DNA from: Candidatus Poribacteria bacterium
GTDB taxonomy: Bacteria; Poribacteria; WGA-4E; PCPOR2b
DNA: 64,000 nucleotides
Direction: 5' to 3'
NCBI GenBank assembly: GCA_965218095.1
Contig: OZ244587.1
Location: forward strand, 5,120,001-5,184,000
Part shown: positions 30,689-40,705 of the stretch, piece by piece
Numbering within the stretch: position 1 is the stretch's first letter
Layout: each line of letters opens with the position of its first letter
Program-made: the position numbers and the translations under genes
The notes under the pieces: generated by a model
The model's database searches: none
What the model was told of the DNA's origin: nothing
What the model saw: only the letters and a program-made list of their open reading frames with translations

Positions 30689-31797
30689 GAGGGGTGTGCA
30701 TAAATATAGTTGACATAATCAAGCCAAAAGGGTTTCCTATTGTTATCATAGCAAAAGGAGCCCCAATATGGTACAAAGACCAATGTTGGCTGATTATGTC
30801 ACTCTTATTATGCAACTCTTTGAGCAGTTTATGCAACACCGTATTGACAAACCAGGTGTCACACACGCAAAACCATTGACATATTCAACCACCTCGTTTA
30901 TCATTTTCTTCATGTTGATGCAGTTTCACGGCATCTATGGCTTCAAAACGCAATGGCGGTGGCTAATCAATCACCCAGAAGTGTTACAAATGCTGGGGTG
31001 GCAACAGCCCCCTCATCGAACCACGATTGCACGTCGCTATAAGGCATTATATGAAGTGATAGAGGCATTTGTATTGTTTATCGGTCAGTATGCCACTGAC
31101 TTGTCCCAACAATTCAACTTGGCTCATCTGGTAGCCGACAAAAGTTTATTTAAGGCACGAGGACCCGTCTGGCATCAAACTGACCGCAAAGCAGGAAAAG
31201 CACCTAAACATCTACGCAACCTCGACACCGATGCCACGTGGAGCAAGAGTGGTTATCATGGCTGGGTCTATGGCTACGGACTTCACATTATCTGCACACA
31301 AGGTGCGTTCCCAACACTGATAACTGTGCACCGTGCGTCGGTCTCCGAAAGTTGGGCGATAGATGCTAAAGCGTCTGAGATTCTGACACAACTTTCACCG
31401 CAGACACTCACTGCCGATGATGCCTATACCCAAGCAGACCGTATCCGTCGTTGGGCGAAGGCACAAGTCGCTTTGATTACCCCGGCACTTAGATGGACAA
31501 AGGGACGGTTTGCCAAGGCGTATCATCGATTTATCAACCAACCCAAGCAGCGTCTCTGTTTAAGCAAACGTCGCAGTTCGGTTGAACCGTTGTTTGACTT
31601 GATTGCTAAAGTGATAGGCACCACTCCTCAACAGAAGCAGTTACCGGTCAAGGGGTTTTTCAATGTACGCTGTTGTTTAGCTATCGGGGTGTTATCAGTG
31701 CAAGTGGCTATGATTGCCAATGCCATATGGAAGTTACCTGCTCGCAATATCTCTCATATGGCGGCTGTTTTCCAATGAACTACTATGCACACCCCTC
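30689..31797 (+). mobile_element. Intact IS of 1109 bp, DDE transposase (IS982/IS5-like)
   Basis: IR GAGGGGTGTGCATA / TATGCACACCCCTC; 8-bp direct repeat AAATAACT on both sides. Confidence 0.9.
30768..31778 (+). CDS. DDE transposase
   Basis: PHRTTIARR, ADKS, DTDATW..GWVYGYGLH, ADDAY, RRSSVEPLF. Confidence 0.88.
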   Translation: MVQRPMLADYVTLIMQLFEQFMQHRIDKPGVTHAKPLTYSTTSFIIFFMLMQFHGIYGFKTQWRWLINHPEVLQMLGWQQPPHRTTIARRYKALYEVIEAFVLFIGQYATDLSQQFNLAHLVADKSLFKARGPVWHQTDRKAGKAPKHLRNLDTDATWSKSGYHGWVYGYGLHIICTQGAFPTLITVHRASVSESWAIDAKASEILTQLSPQTLTADDAYTQADRIRRWAKAQVALITPALRWTKGRFAKAYHRFINQPKQRLCLSKRRSSVEPLFDLIAKVIGTTPQQKQLPVKGFFNVRCCLAIGVLSVQVAMIANAIWKLPARNISHMAAVFQ

Positions 31798-31813
31798 AAA
31801 TAACTATGTACTC

Positions 31814-31850
31814 AAAAAAACACCGGCAGAGATCTTGCTGGTGTTTTTTT
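31814..31850. terminator. Bidirectional intrinsic terminator
   Basis: A7-CACCGGCA..TGCTGGTG-T7. Confidence 0.7.
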
Positions 31851-31881
31851 ATTGAATCAAGCCCCTTGCCAATTAGCCATC

Positions 31882-32069
31882 CTAAATCAGGGTGAGAATG
31901 AGGTTGTAATTTTCGTCAAGGTGCAGTTCTGTACCGGACGGTATAAACGTTGTCGAATCGATTTCTTCGATAATCGCCGGTCCCGAAAACTGTATCTGCC
32001 GAAATTGCGACTAGGTCTGTAAAAGTGCCACCGACCGGTATCAATACCGATTGTACTGGGCACGTGCAC
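31882..32069 (-). pseudogene. Internally deleted hydantoinase/oxoprolinase subunit A
   Basis: AGGAGG RBS; IGIDTG/GTFTDLVAI joined to GPAIIEEIDSTTFIP..LDENYNLIL-stop. Confidence 0.7.
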
Positions 32070-32195
32070 TTCCCTCCTGTGTTCCCTCAATAGTTATAGC
32101 TGTTTCTCAACGATGGGTGATAAATCACCTGACTACAAGGCCCGATTCCTTTGTGTCGGAACAACACTTACTCAATCGAGGTTCCTCGGTTGGGT

Positions 32196-32223
32196 GTAGG
32201 GAACAACGATCGTTGTTCCCTAC
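32196..32223. repeat. Perfect 28-bp GTAG-type palindrome
   Basis: GTAGGGAACAACGA-TCGTTGTTCCCTAC. Confidence 0.9.
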
Positions 32224-32324
32224 GGGCTGCGTAAGTCTTAATAAGTCCTACTTGCTTAGATTATAATATAATTGGTCTACTTCCAAAATTAATACTTTGG
32301 CGTCGAGATATGCAGCCCGACCGA

Positions 32325-34781
32325 CTACATCCCAAACCAATACCGACATTTCACGAGGAAGATATTCGACCCGGCATCGGTGAAGCTCGTTCTCAAGCGA
32401 TGCAACGGACGAAATTTGAGGTCTGCTTCTTCAACACGCGCTAAAGCGGCTTCCCGCGATTGGGACCAAACCAAAAACAGTGTACTTCCGGGGCGGAATT
32501 CCCAGCGAAGCACGGTGTTGCCCCGCAAAGACCGCCGATGGAAGTCACGGTTCTTGTTCAGCAGATACGGTTTGAACTGATACGACTTCGGTTCGACCAA
32601 CTCCTTGAAGTTTGTATAATCTCCGATGGTAATGAAGGGTTGCACGTAGAACTGAAGGCTCAACGTCGGGGTAAAACTGATGTTTGCACGGGTAGTGAAG
32701 TCAAGCGTTCGGCCCGTTAACTCCCCATAGACGTAGTGTTTTTCGATCTGCCCGTTGACCTTCTCTTCAACCATTTCTACCCACTGTGCATCCTTCACCT
32801 GATAGGCATAACTTGGCCCAACGCTCAAACCAATGTTGGATGTTGGCCGAATACGAAGGAGAAGGCCTACATCGTAGTCATACGAACGCCTATCGTCATC
32901 CCAGGCGAAAACGGGATTCAACTCCAGCCGAATCATTTTGCGGCTGTCGGTAGAGAGTTGTGTATAAATCCACCAGCCTGCGGGATTTTTAATCAGCGTT
33001 CCGCCACGCCTAATGTCATCATCACTAAATGATTCCAAGACGCGTCCAACCCATAGGTCATAATCCCAATAGTTCTTGAAGCGGCCGTCTGTCCATATCT
33101 CGGAGTAGCTGCTGATATTGACCCTGTCATAATTCCACTGTCGCCAGCCATAGAGCCCCAAAACGACGCGTCGGAAAATGCTAAACGGTTTCTCCTTCCG
33201 CACCGTGAGGTCGTAACCCCACTCTAGCATGTCGGCGCGATGACGGAAGCCAAGGTCGTTCACCTCCAGGTCCGGTGAGAGCACCCTAAAACTGCTCCCC
33301 CCTCTCAACCACCCGCCCCGTTTGTCAAACTCAAAGTGTGCAAGGTAGCCCGACTTGCGTGCATCCAACTTTCCCTCCTGACTTGCCGCCACCGTGCCGG
33401 TTACTTGAAATTGCTCTTTCGCAAACTTCAAATCCCAATCAACTCCGCCGACATAAGCGGCGTTGGAATTTCGTCGATTCACGGCAGTCGTTATCAGTCC
33501 GACGCGGGAATTCCCTTTCAGCACATCCTGATTGATTCGACCGATAAAGTAGTTGGTTAACGGTTCAATGAGGTGCTCGCGTTGGATTTTCTTCCCGTTG
33601 ACCTCCTCCTCAATCTGTGCATACTCCGGTGTGGTGACTGCCTCCATGATACCAAAATGGGTGTTGCCTTGAGTTTTCCCTACAATTTTGACGGCACCGA
33701 GAATCGTTGTGGCTTCGGGACGGCTCCGTTCGGTGGCACCGTTGGGAAGCTCGAAATGCCCCGGCCGCCGCCCGATCCGCCGGGAGTAAAAGAAACTGTA
33801 GTCCCCGTTTTCAAAGATTTTCGCACCTTTCACAAAGAAGGGGCGGCGTTCATCAAAATACTCCTCATAAGCCGAGAGATTTAAACTCGCAGGGTCTGCC
33901 TCCACCTGTCCAAAATCGGGGTTAATCGTGGCATTGAGCGAAATCCCAGAGCTAATCCCATATTGAACATCGGTTCCAACATTGCCCCACAACTCGGTTT
34001 CATCATTGAGGCGTGTGCGTCCCATCGCGTAAGGCAACAATTCCAAATGACGTGACGGATGAATATCTTTGATGCCGGTGAGGTCGCCAAAGCGAGACAC
34101 CCAGCTGGGTTCACCACGCTTGACCAAACGCCAGTGAGCCTGCTCTTTTCTGCGACTGATGTACCGCTCTACCTGTAGCCCCCAAGTGTATTCATCTTTG
34201 GGGGAAAAGCGCAACACATGAAACGGGATTTTATATTCTGCCGCCCAACCATTTTCGTGAATCTCGGTCTTAACTTCCCACACACCGTCCCATGTGTCGT
34301 CCCACCAACCACCATCGGGAGCGATACCTTCTGTCACCGAGCCAGAAGGGTAGACAGTAAACCAGAAACCGCTTTGCCGGTTGTAATGCGGGTCAAGGCT
34401 AATGGTGATTTTATCCGATTCAACATAATTGTCTCGCCTGACCAGCCGGGAGACAATTTTATCGGGTTCACTGTCATAGCACATGGCCGCAAAATAGATG
34501 GCCTCGTCATCGTAGGCGATTTGGAACGTGGTGCGTTCCGTTGCCGGTTTTCCTTCATCCGGGTCGCGCTGGCGAAAACCTTCGTGGAGCGGCGCGCTTT
34601 TCCATATCTCGTCGTCCAAAACGCCATCCAACTGCGGCGGTACACCGTTAATTCGGATGGCGGTCGCGGTTCTGTGGGGCGAGTTTGCCTCGCCTGCAGC
34701 CTGTATGTCGCCTGGAGGTTGAACTGCTAAAAAGATGGCAAGAAACGCCCAAACAACCCAAAAGTCGAAGTCAATTTTCAC
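32325..34781 (-). CDS. CBM9-like + DUF5916 outer-membrane protein
   Basis: LDGVLDDEIW, AYDDEAIY, EYKIPF..LRF, NPDFGQVEAD, ERRPFF, YSRRIG; GTG start. Confidence 0.85.
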   Translation of the reverse strand: MKIDFDFWVVWAFLAIFLAVQPPGDIQAAGEANSPHRTATAIRINGVPPQLDGVLDDEIWKSAPLHEGFRQRDPDEGKPATERTTFQIAYDDEAIYFAAMCYDSEPDKIVSRLVRRDNYVESDKITISLDPHYNRQSGFWFTVYPSGSVTEGIAPDGGWWDDTWDGVWEVKTEIHENGWAAEYKIPFHVLRFSPKDEYTWGLQVERYISRRKEQAHWRLVKRGEPSWVSRFGDLTGIKDIHPSRHLELLPYAMGRTRLNDETELWGNVGTDVQYGISSGISLNATINPDFGQVEADPASLNLSAYEEYFDERRPFFVKGAKIFENGDYSFFYSRRIGRRPGHFELPNGATERSRPEATTILGAVKIVGKTQGNTHFGIMEAVTTPEYAQIEEEVNGKKIQREHLIEPLTNYFIGRINQDVLKGNSRVGLITTAVNRRNSNAAYVGGVDWDLKFAKEQFQVTGTVAASQEGKLDARKSGYLAHFEFDKRGGWLRGGSSFRVLSPDLEVNDLGFRHRADMLEWGYDLTVRKEKPFSIFRRVVLGLYGWRQWNYDRVNISSYSEIWTDGRFKNYWDYDLWVGRVLESFSDDDIRRGGTLIKNPAGWWIYTQLSTDSRKMIRLELNPVFAWDDDRRSYDYDVGLLLRIRPTSNIGLSVGPSYAYQVKDAQWVEMVEEKVNGQIEKHYVYGELTGRTLDFTTRANISFTPTLSLQFYVQPFITIGDYTNFKELVEPKSYQFKPYLLNKNRDFHRRSLRGNTVLRWEFRPGSTLFLVWSQSREAALARVEEADLKFRPLHRLRTSFTDAGSNIFLVKCRYWFGM

Positions 34782-35462
34782 AGGTTTTTCCTCTCTCCTT
34801 TGCGTTGTTATTTGTCCATTGAAACCCCGTGTCCGCGATAGAATTCAGATTTTTCTCGATTCGCGCCTGCGCCTAAACGCTATGGTCAAATGCTAGCATA
34901 AGAAAGAGATGATTCTAACAAACAGTTAGAGCTGATGTGAGATTTTCGGTTTTATTAATGTTTGAGGGTTGTGGCGGGTTCCATCACTCACGAGAGAATT
35001 TGGAATGGATGCGTGTCAAGCGTTTTATGCAGACCAATTCGTCCGAGGGTATACAGTCCCTACTTTTCCAACACAATAATGACGGTATCGGTATCTCGGC
35101 AAACAACACGGAAGCCGTAAACAAAACACACAAAATGACGTGTTTAATTCTGCCCGACATCTTTGTTACTTCCAAGCGTTAAATCTTCAGACATCGACTT
35201 TCTAAGTATAGATCGGACAACTTAGAATGTCTCGCCCCGACCGCACCGAAAAGATGCTTGATATAATCTGCAGTAGTACGTACAATAAGTGCATGATTCA
35301 AGCTGGCAAGGCATTGAACAAGTTTGGCATGCGGAGCCAAAACACGGCATGGGTGTTTTCTCTGCTCGCGCTGACGGATTGATGATTTTTCAAGTTGGGT
35401 GCGTTCTTCGCACCATTCAATACACATGAGGTTAAACCAAACAATGAAGGAGATACAAACCG

Positions 35463-37292
35463 ATGAAAACACCAGTTTTTCGTTTTACCTTTCTTATGGC
35501 GATGTGCCTTACTCTCGCATCAGTGGATGGAAACATGCTGCTGTGGGCTCTCCCTGAGTCACCTGAACCTACTGTGGACTATATTTTCGAGACGATTGAG
35601 GTTCCCGGTGTTGATTTTCTGGAGTTGACTTCAAGCAATGACCTTGGGCATTACACGGGTAACACCCGTAGCCCTGATGGCGAGAAAATCATCGGCTTCA
35701 CGCTGATTGACGGGGTCTTTTCCACTTATGATGTCCCCGATTCCCTCAAAACTGTTTTCTATGGACTCAACAACGCAGGACAGGCTGTGGGTTACTACGA
35801 TGATCCGGACAAGGTCTCTCACGGCATAATCGTGCAAGATGGTGAGTTGACACAATTCGATTTTCCGGGAGCAGCCGAAACGCTAATCTTTGGGGTTAGT
35901 GAAACGGGGGTACTTGCTGGTAATATTGTTGATGCCGCTGGTGTCAGTCACGGTTTTATGGGCGATGCGCAGATCGATGTACCCGGGGCGAGGACAACTT
36001 ATGCCGACCATGTGAACGCTGGGGGCATCTTAGTTGGGAGTTACATAAATGCCGATGGGATACATCACGGATACATGCGCCATGCCGACGGTAGCTTTAC
36101 CACTTTCGAGTTTCCCGGTATGCTGTCGAACCTAGAGTACCTTTACGTGAACGCCATCAACGATGCCGGCGTCATTGTGTTCAGAGCCAAAGAGTTTGAC
36201 GATGTTGAGCGTTCTTATGTCCTCCTGCCGAACTGTGAGCTGATGGAGTTGCGATTCCCCGGCAGTGTTAATACGGTGGCACGGGATATTGATGCGCAAG
36301 GGCAGGTCGTCGGTTACTATGACACGCCGGACGGACAAAGACATGGATTTATTGCCAGCCCCCTTACCGGTGAGGGTGTGGAAGATTTTAGCAACGTTTA
36401 CTTAGCGTCCCTCTCTAAAGGTTTGAACATGCTCTCAGTTCCCCTAAAACCAGCGACACCGATGACCGCCCGTTCCTTAGCGAAGATGATTGGTGCGACA
36501 ACGGTAATTACGCTCGATAGCGTGAATCAAAAATTTGTTGGCTGGACGCCGGACGCGCCAGACGACGGATTTCCGATCGAAGGCGCGAAAGGCTACATCG
36601 TCAATGTCCCCCAGCCACGACAGGTCGCCTTTGTGGGTGCACCGTGGACGAATCAACCGCAAGTCGCTGCGGCACCGAGCACGACATCGACCGACGGCGC
36701 TTGGGCGTTCGTTGTCAGCGGACGCTTAGAAAGCGCGCGGAACTTTGATGGCTATCTGGTCACGGTGCGAAACCTATACACCAATGCTATCATGACGGGC
36801 CATGTACGAGACGGCTACTTCGCCATAGCGACTGCCGATCTCTCCCGTCAGAGCGTTGTGCAAGTTGGTGATTCCCTAGAAGTAACCGTCACCGATGCAA
36901 CCGGGGAGATTGCTTCGGAGGAGTTCAGTTTCACAATAATACCCAACGATCTTGCAAACACGGTTCTGTCAGTAACACTTGATGGCGTTGGCAGACCGAA
37001 GCAGAGTCTCCTGTTGCAGAACTATCCCAACCCGTTCAACCCCGAAACGTGGATTCCGTATCACCTTTCGGAGGCAGCTCCTGTGACCCTATCAATTTAC
37101 GACACGACCGGACGACTTGTCCGAACGCTTTCGCTAGGATTCCAGTCAGCAGGCTTCTATCAAAGTTGGGCACGTGCCGCCTATTGGGATGGGCGTAATG
37201 CAATGGGCGAGCGGGTTTCAAGCGGGATCTATTTCTACCAATTGTCCACCCCATCTTTCCATCAGATGAAGCGGATGGTTATTCTGAAGTAG
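35463..37292 (+). CDS. Secreted beta-repeat (HAF-like) protein with C-terminal sorting-like module
   Basis: Repeats GLNNAGQAVGYY..HG..FDFPG; C-terminal about 290 aa homologous to 20415 protein. Confidence 0.85.
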   Translation: MKTPVFRFTFLMAMCLTLASVDGNMLLWALPESPEPTVDYIFETIEVPGVDFLELTSSNDLGHYTGNTRSPDGEKIIGFTLIDGVFSTYDVPDSLKTVFYGLNNAGQAVGYYDDPDKVSHGIIVQDGELTQFDFPGAAETLIFGVSETGVLAGNIVDAAGVSHGFMGDAQIDVPGARTTYADHVNAGGILVGSYINADGIHHGYMRHADGSFTTFEFPGMLSNLEYLYVNAINDAGVIVFRAKEFDDVERSYVLLPNCELMELRFPGSVNTVARDIDAQGQVVGYYDTPDGQRHGFIASPLTGEGVEDFSNVYLASLSKGLNMLSVPLKPATPMTARSLAKMIGATTVITLDSVNQKFVGWTPDAPDDGFPIEGAKGYIVNVPQPRQVAFVGAPWTNQPQVAAAPSTTSTDGAWAFVVSGRLESARNFDGYLVTVRNLYTNAIMTGHVRDGYFAIATADLSRQSVVQVGDSLEVTVTDATGEIASEEFSFTIIPNDLANTVLSVTLDGVGRPKQSLLLQNYPNPFNPETWIPYHLSEAAPVTLSIYDTTGRLVRTLSLGFQSAGFYQSWARAAYWDGRNAMGERVSSGIYFYQLSTPSFHQMKRMVILK

Positions 37293-37429
37293 CCTTGGAT
37301 TGATTATTGAAACAATCATCAATCGGAAGGCGGAATGACGCTACCAAGTGCGAGTGAAACTATAGGAATGGGGGAGTAAATTCGTAAATTTCATCGGCCT
37401 TGCCTTTCGTCGCGATTTCGTAAAGGTTA

Positions 37430-37555
37430 TCACAACGCGGATTTGTGTGTCAAGAAAATTTGACTTTCCGCACGAAGTTCGGCGATGGCTTGCGTCGCAT
37501 ATTTGACAACTTCTTCTTCGCTGACACCTTTGTTCTTCTCATGGACTCTGTCCAT
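37430..37555 (-). pseudogene. Possible antitoxin C-terminal remnant
   Basis: EKNKGVSEEEVVKYATQAIAELRA resembles antitoxin tails; weak. Confidence 0.3.
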
Positions 37556-37633
37556 CACCGCCAATAATTTTTGCAAAGCTGTCGATGCACAAGAGGTTGA
37601 GGGGTAACCCGCCAATTCAATAGTCCGTCTGGA

Positions 37634-38065
37634 TTAGTTATCCTCGCCTCGATACGGGTTCAGTTTTTCATCAAGGCTATACTTACCTGCTCCAATCAGG
37701 ATGAAACTCAGAAAAACGATTCCATCTTCGATGGCGTGCGACGCGCCCCCCAAACCTTCTCCTCGACTCAGGTGGCTGGCAGCGGCAACCATCATAGTTA
37801 TTGCCAAAAGGGTACAAGCCGGTCTGAAAAATAGACCGAGGATAAGGCAGATGCCTCCAATAAACTCTGAAATCGCAGCCATGAGTCCCCAAAATGTTGG
37901 AATGAACCCAATACCAAGGACTGCCATCGCCATGCCGATCTGTTCCCATTTCTCTGGTCCGCCAAACAGTTTGGGCGCACCGTGAAAGAGGAACATGCAC
38001 CCAAGTCCGATACGGAGAATTAAGAGACCGGTGTGTCTATGTTTATTCAAAAATGTTAAAACCAT
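37634..38065 (-). CDS. DoxX family membrane protein
   Basis: LILRIGLG..HGAPKL, EFIGG..LGLFFR, GAGKYSLD. Confidence 0.92.
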   Translation of the reverse strand: MVLTFLNKHRHTGLLILRIGLGCMFLFHGAPKLFGGPEKWEQIGMAMAVLGIGFIPTFWGLMAAISEFIGGICLILGLFFRPACTLLAITMMVAAASHLSRGEGLGGASHAIEDGIVFLSFILIGAGKYSLDEKLNPYRGEDN

Positions 38066-38343
38066 TTTCTTGATCTTCCTTTCACATTTTCAGAAATGAT
38101 AGGCGATCCAGCGGAAATAATCAAGGAAAAAATGAGTGTCGCCACTGATGCTCTACTTCGCACGCTGTATTGTGGATTTCTGCCACAAACGTCAATCGGT
38201 TTGGCGTTGTCCAAACGAGGTCTGATGCGCTGAGTTGAGGTTTCAGGCGCTAGATCGCTGGATGGCGGTATTTGTTGATGTACTCCTCCGTCAGGACGTT
38301 TTCATTGTTGATATAGGAAGGCTCGTTTTCGTACATAATTTGA

Positions 38344-38372
38344 TTGACCATCAGTAGCAGGCTCGGTACAAT
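38344..38372 (+). promoter_or_regulatory. Putative sigma70 promoter
   Basis: TTGACC-17-TACAAT. Confidence 0.55.
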
Positions 38373-38435
38373 ACATCGTGAAACGTGATGCGTAAAAGGT
38401 TCTTCTTACGTTTTACTCATTATTCTTCTGGAGGC

Positions 38436-39623
38436 ATGACCATGAATATTAATGAAATTCAACGCTTTCTCACAGAAAACCAACTTGACGGGTGGTTATT
38501 GTACGATTTCCGCGGATTGAATCCAATTGCGCGAAGCGTTGCTGGAATCACGGCTTCCGGCATTACACGGCGCTGGTTCTGCTACATTCAATTGCAGGGT
38601 GAACCGGTATGGCTTGTCCACCGGATTGAGCTCTCCCATTTTTCCGATGTTATCGGCGAAGTAAAGGCCTACACCAGTTGGCGTGAACTGCACCGTGAAA
38701 TGGAAACGTTGTTGGCAAACAGCAGTAAGATTGCGATGGAGTATTCTCCCGATGCCGCTAACCCTTATGTTTCAAGGGTGGATGCAGGCACAATCGAGAT
38801 GGTTCGTTCCTTTGGAGTTGAAGTGGTCTCCTCCGCAGATCTGGTGCAGCTCATTGAGGCGCGTTGGACAGCCGATCAACTTGCCGGACATCAGGAATCA
38901 GCGCGTTTGGTCCTGGAGACTAAAGATCTCGCTTTTGGGTGGATCGGGGAGCGACTGCGCGATGGCAATATGGTCACAGAGTATGATGTGCAACGCTTTA
39001 TCATGGAACGCTTTGACGCCATGGATTTAACGCTGGGACACCCACCAATTGTGGCAGTCAACGCGAACAGCGGCAATCCACACTATTCGCCGACGGCAGC
39101 ACAACATCAGCCTATCCAGCGGGGAGATTTCGTTTTAATCGATCTGTGGGCAAAACAGAAATTAGCGGACGCCGTTTATGCAGATACAACCTGGGTTGCA
39201 TACGCCGGCAAGACTGCTCCTGAACGTTATGTGGAGATATTCGAGATTGTTCGTGATGCCCGCGATCGCGCCGTTACGTTCATCCGCGAAACCCTTGCGT
39301 CGGGAGACAAGGTTTATGGCTACGCCGTTGATGATGTGGTGCGAAATTATATTACGGAGAAGGGATACGGCGAGTTTTTCATCCACCGGACCGGGCATAA
39401 TATCGGGATGGAGATACACGGAAATGGCGTCAATATCGACAATTTGGAAACAAAAGATGAACGCGCCTTAATCCGCGGCATCTGCTTCTCGATCGAGCCG
39501 GGGATCTATCTTCCTCAATTCGGTGTCAGGAGCGAGATTGACGTTTTTTTAGCTCATCTAGCGCCAGACGGCGTAATAGTGACAACCGTCCCCGCTCAAA
39601 ATGAGGTCTTGACGCTGCTGTAA
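38436..39623 (+). CDS. M24 Xaa-Pro peptidase family protein
   Basis: IDLW, ADTT, HRTGH, EIH, SIEPGIY, RSEID. Confidence 0.92.
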   Translation: MTMNINEIQRFLTENQLDGWLLYDFRGLNPIARSVAGITASGITRRWFCYIQLQGEPVWLVHRIELSHFSDVIGEVKAYTSWRELHREMETLLANSSKIAMEYSPDAANPYVSRVDAGTIEMVRSFGVEVVSSADLVQLIEARWTADQLAGHQESARLVLETKDLAFGWIGERLRDGNMVTEYDVQRFIMERFDAMDLTLGHPPIVAVNANSGNPHYSPTAAQHQPIQRGDFVLIDLWAKQKLADAVYADTTWVAYAGKTAPERYVEIFEIVRDARDRAVTFIRETLASGDKVYGYAVDDVVRNYITEKGYGEFFIHRTGHNIGMEIHGNGVNIDNLETKDERALIRGICFSIEPGIYLPQFGVRSEIDVFLAHLAPDGVIVTTVPAQNEVLTLL

Positions 39624-40311
39624 CTTTGTAGTTTCGCTTTTTAAGATCGGCCAGCACGTTGTTGAAAAGCACCTGCGCGTTAATTATCCACTGCAACGCA
39701 TCCAGGTTCCCCTCTTCAACCAGCCCTGCAACACCGAGCCGATAAATAACATACCGTTTGTCATCACGGATTTTTTGTTCAGGTACGAGTGTTCTGCCGG
39801 GCTTATCTTCGGCTACTCCATCAATTTCAAAGAGCCAGAAGAAGTAATCTTCATTATGCCCGAGGTACCCAATCTCGACGTCAAGTCGGTGATTGGCTGT
39901 CCCCGGCAAAAGCGAGAGCCCAAAGTTTCGATTCAAAATCTGGGGATAGATCGCGCTCAGGAAGATCTGCTCGAACCCAACCGGCTGATTTGCGCTGTTG
40001 AGTAGCTCCAATAATTCGTGTCGTTCCTCCATCCGCTTCAGTTTAAGACAGGTCAGCGCGAAAACTTCATCGCGCAATATTCGCACTTCAGGCGGGGCGT
40101 TTTGGTCCAACGGTATCAGGCGTCTGGTGAGGCGTTTAATACGTCGTCGCTTCAGGGAAATATTCCAGAGTATCCAGCGCTGGAGCCGATTCCATGTTTC
40201 TCCATCGAACACCTGTTGGAGGGAGGTCTGCCTCAGTTTCTGGAGGACTTGCCTCAATCGGTTTTCTGTAGAATCAAGTTCGTTCTGCACACATTCCCCC
40301 GGATTTTGCAC
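39526..40311 (-). CDS. Hypothetical protein with possible Vsr/DUF559-like nuclease motif
   Basis: HRLDVEI..LFEIDG..RDD; overlaps peptidase 3' end by 98 bp. Confidence 0.5.
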   Translation of the reverse strand: MQNPGECVQNELDSTENRLRQVLQKLRQTSLQQVFDGETWNRLQRWILWNISLKRRRIKRLTRRLIPLDQNAPPEVRILRDEVFALTCLKLKRMEERHELLELLNSANQPVGFEQIFLSAIYPQILNRNFGLSLLPGTANHRLDVEIGYLGHNEDYFFWLFEIDGVAEDKPGRTLVPEQKIRDDKRYVIYRLGVAGLVEEGNLDALQWIINAQVLFNNVLADLKKRNYKVTAASRPHFERGRLSLLRRLALDELKKRQSRS

Positions 40312-40341
40312 TTGAAAATTTTAACGGAGATATGCTAAAAT
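40312..40341 (+). promoter_or_regulatory. tRNA promoter
   Basis: TTGAAA-18-TAAAAT with extended -10. Confidence 0.55.
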
Positions 40342-40354
40342 AGGGAAGCCTTTT

Positions 40355-40438
40355 GCCGGAGTGGTGAAATTGGTAGACGCGCTGGACTCAAAATCCAGTG
40401 AGCTTCGGCTCGTGTCGGTTCGAGTCCGACCTCCGGCA
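40355..40438 (+). tRNA. tRNA-Leu(CAA)
   Basis: GCCGGAG/CTCCGGC acceptor stem, CTGGA-CTCAAAA-TCCAG anticodon arm, long variable arm, GGTTCGAGTCC; no encoded CCA. Confidence 0.97.
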
Positions 40439-40444
40439 TTTGTC

Positions 40445-40481
40445 AGCCATATAGTCAAGTTGAGGCTATATGGTTTTTTTT
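40445..40481 (+). terminator. Intrinsic terminator after tRNA
   Basis: AGCCATATAGTC..GGCTATATGG followed by T-tract. Confidence 0.7.
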
Positions 40482-40506
40482 GTATTGGTCAGGAAGATGG
40501 TATACA

Positions 40507-40680
40507 TTATCCCCCGCAAAGGTAGGTCACATCAAGCTCTCGTCCTCCCGGCTGCAAACGTTCGGACTGAATTTCCGCCAGCATCGTCAATTGCGTTGTT
40601 GGGAGTTGGTGAAAGATCGACGCATGATGTACGCCCATCCCACTACACCTAATCACACCAACTTTGAATTTGCTCACCAT
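40507..40680 (-). pseudogene. Gfo/Idh/MocA oxidoreductase 5' remnant
   Basis: GAGG RBS; MVSKFKVGVIRCSGMGVHHA degenerate Rossmann start; 57 aa. Confidence 0.55.
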
Positions 40681-40705
40681 TGTTTACCTCTGTCTTAACC
40701 TTCCA

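Noticed and set aside
40355-40506. tRNA-Leu as integration site of an island
   Set aside because: No integrase and no duplicated tRNA 3' end seen in the window
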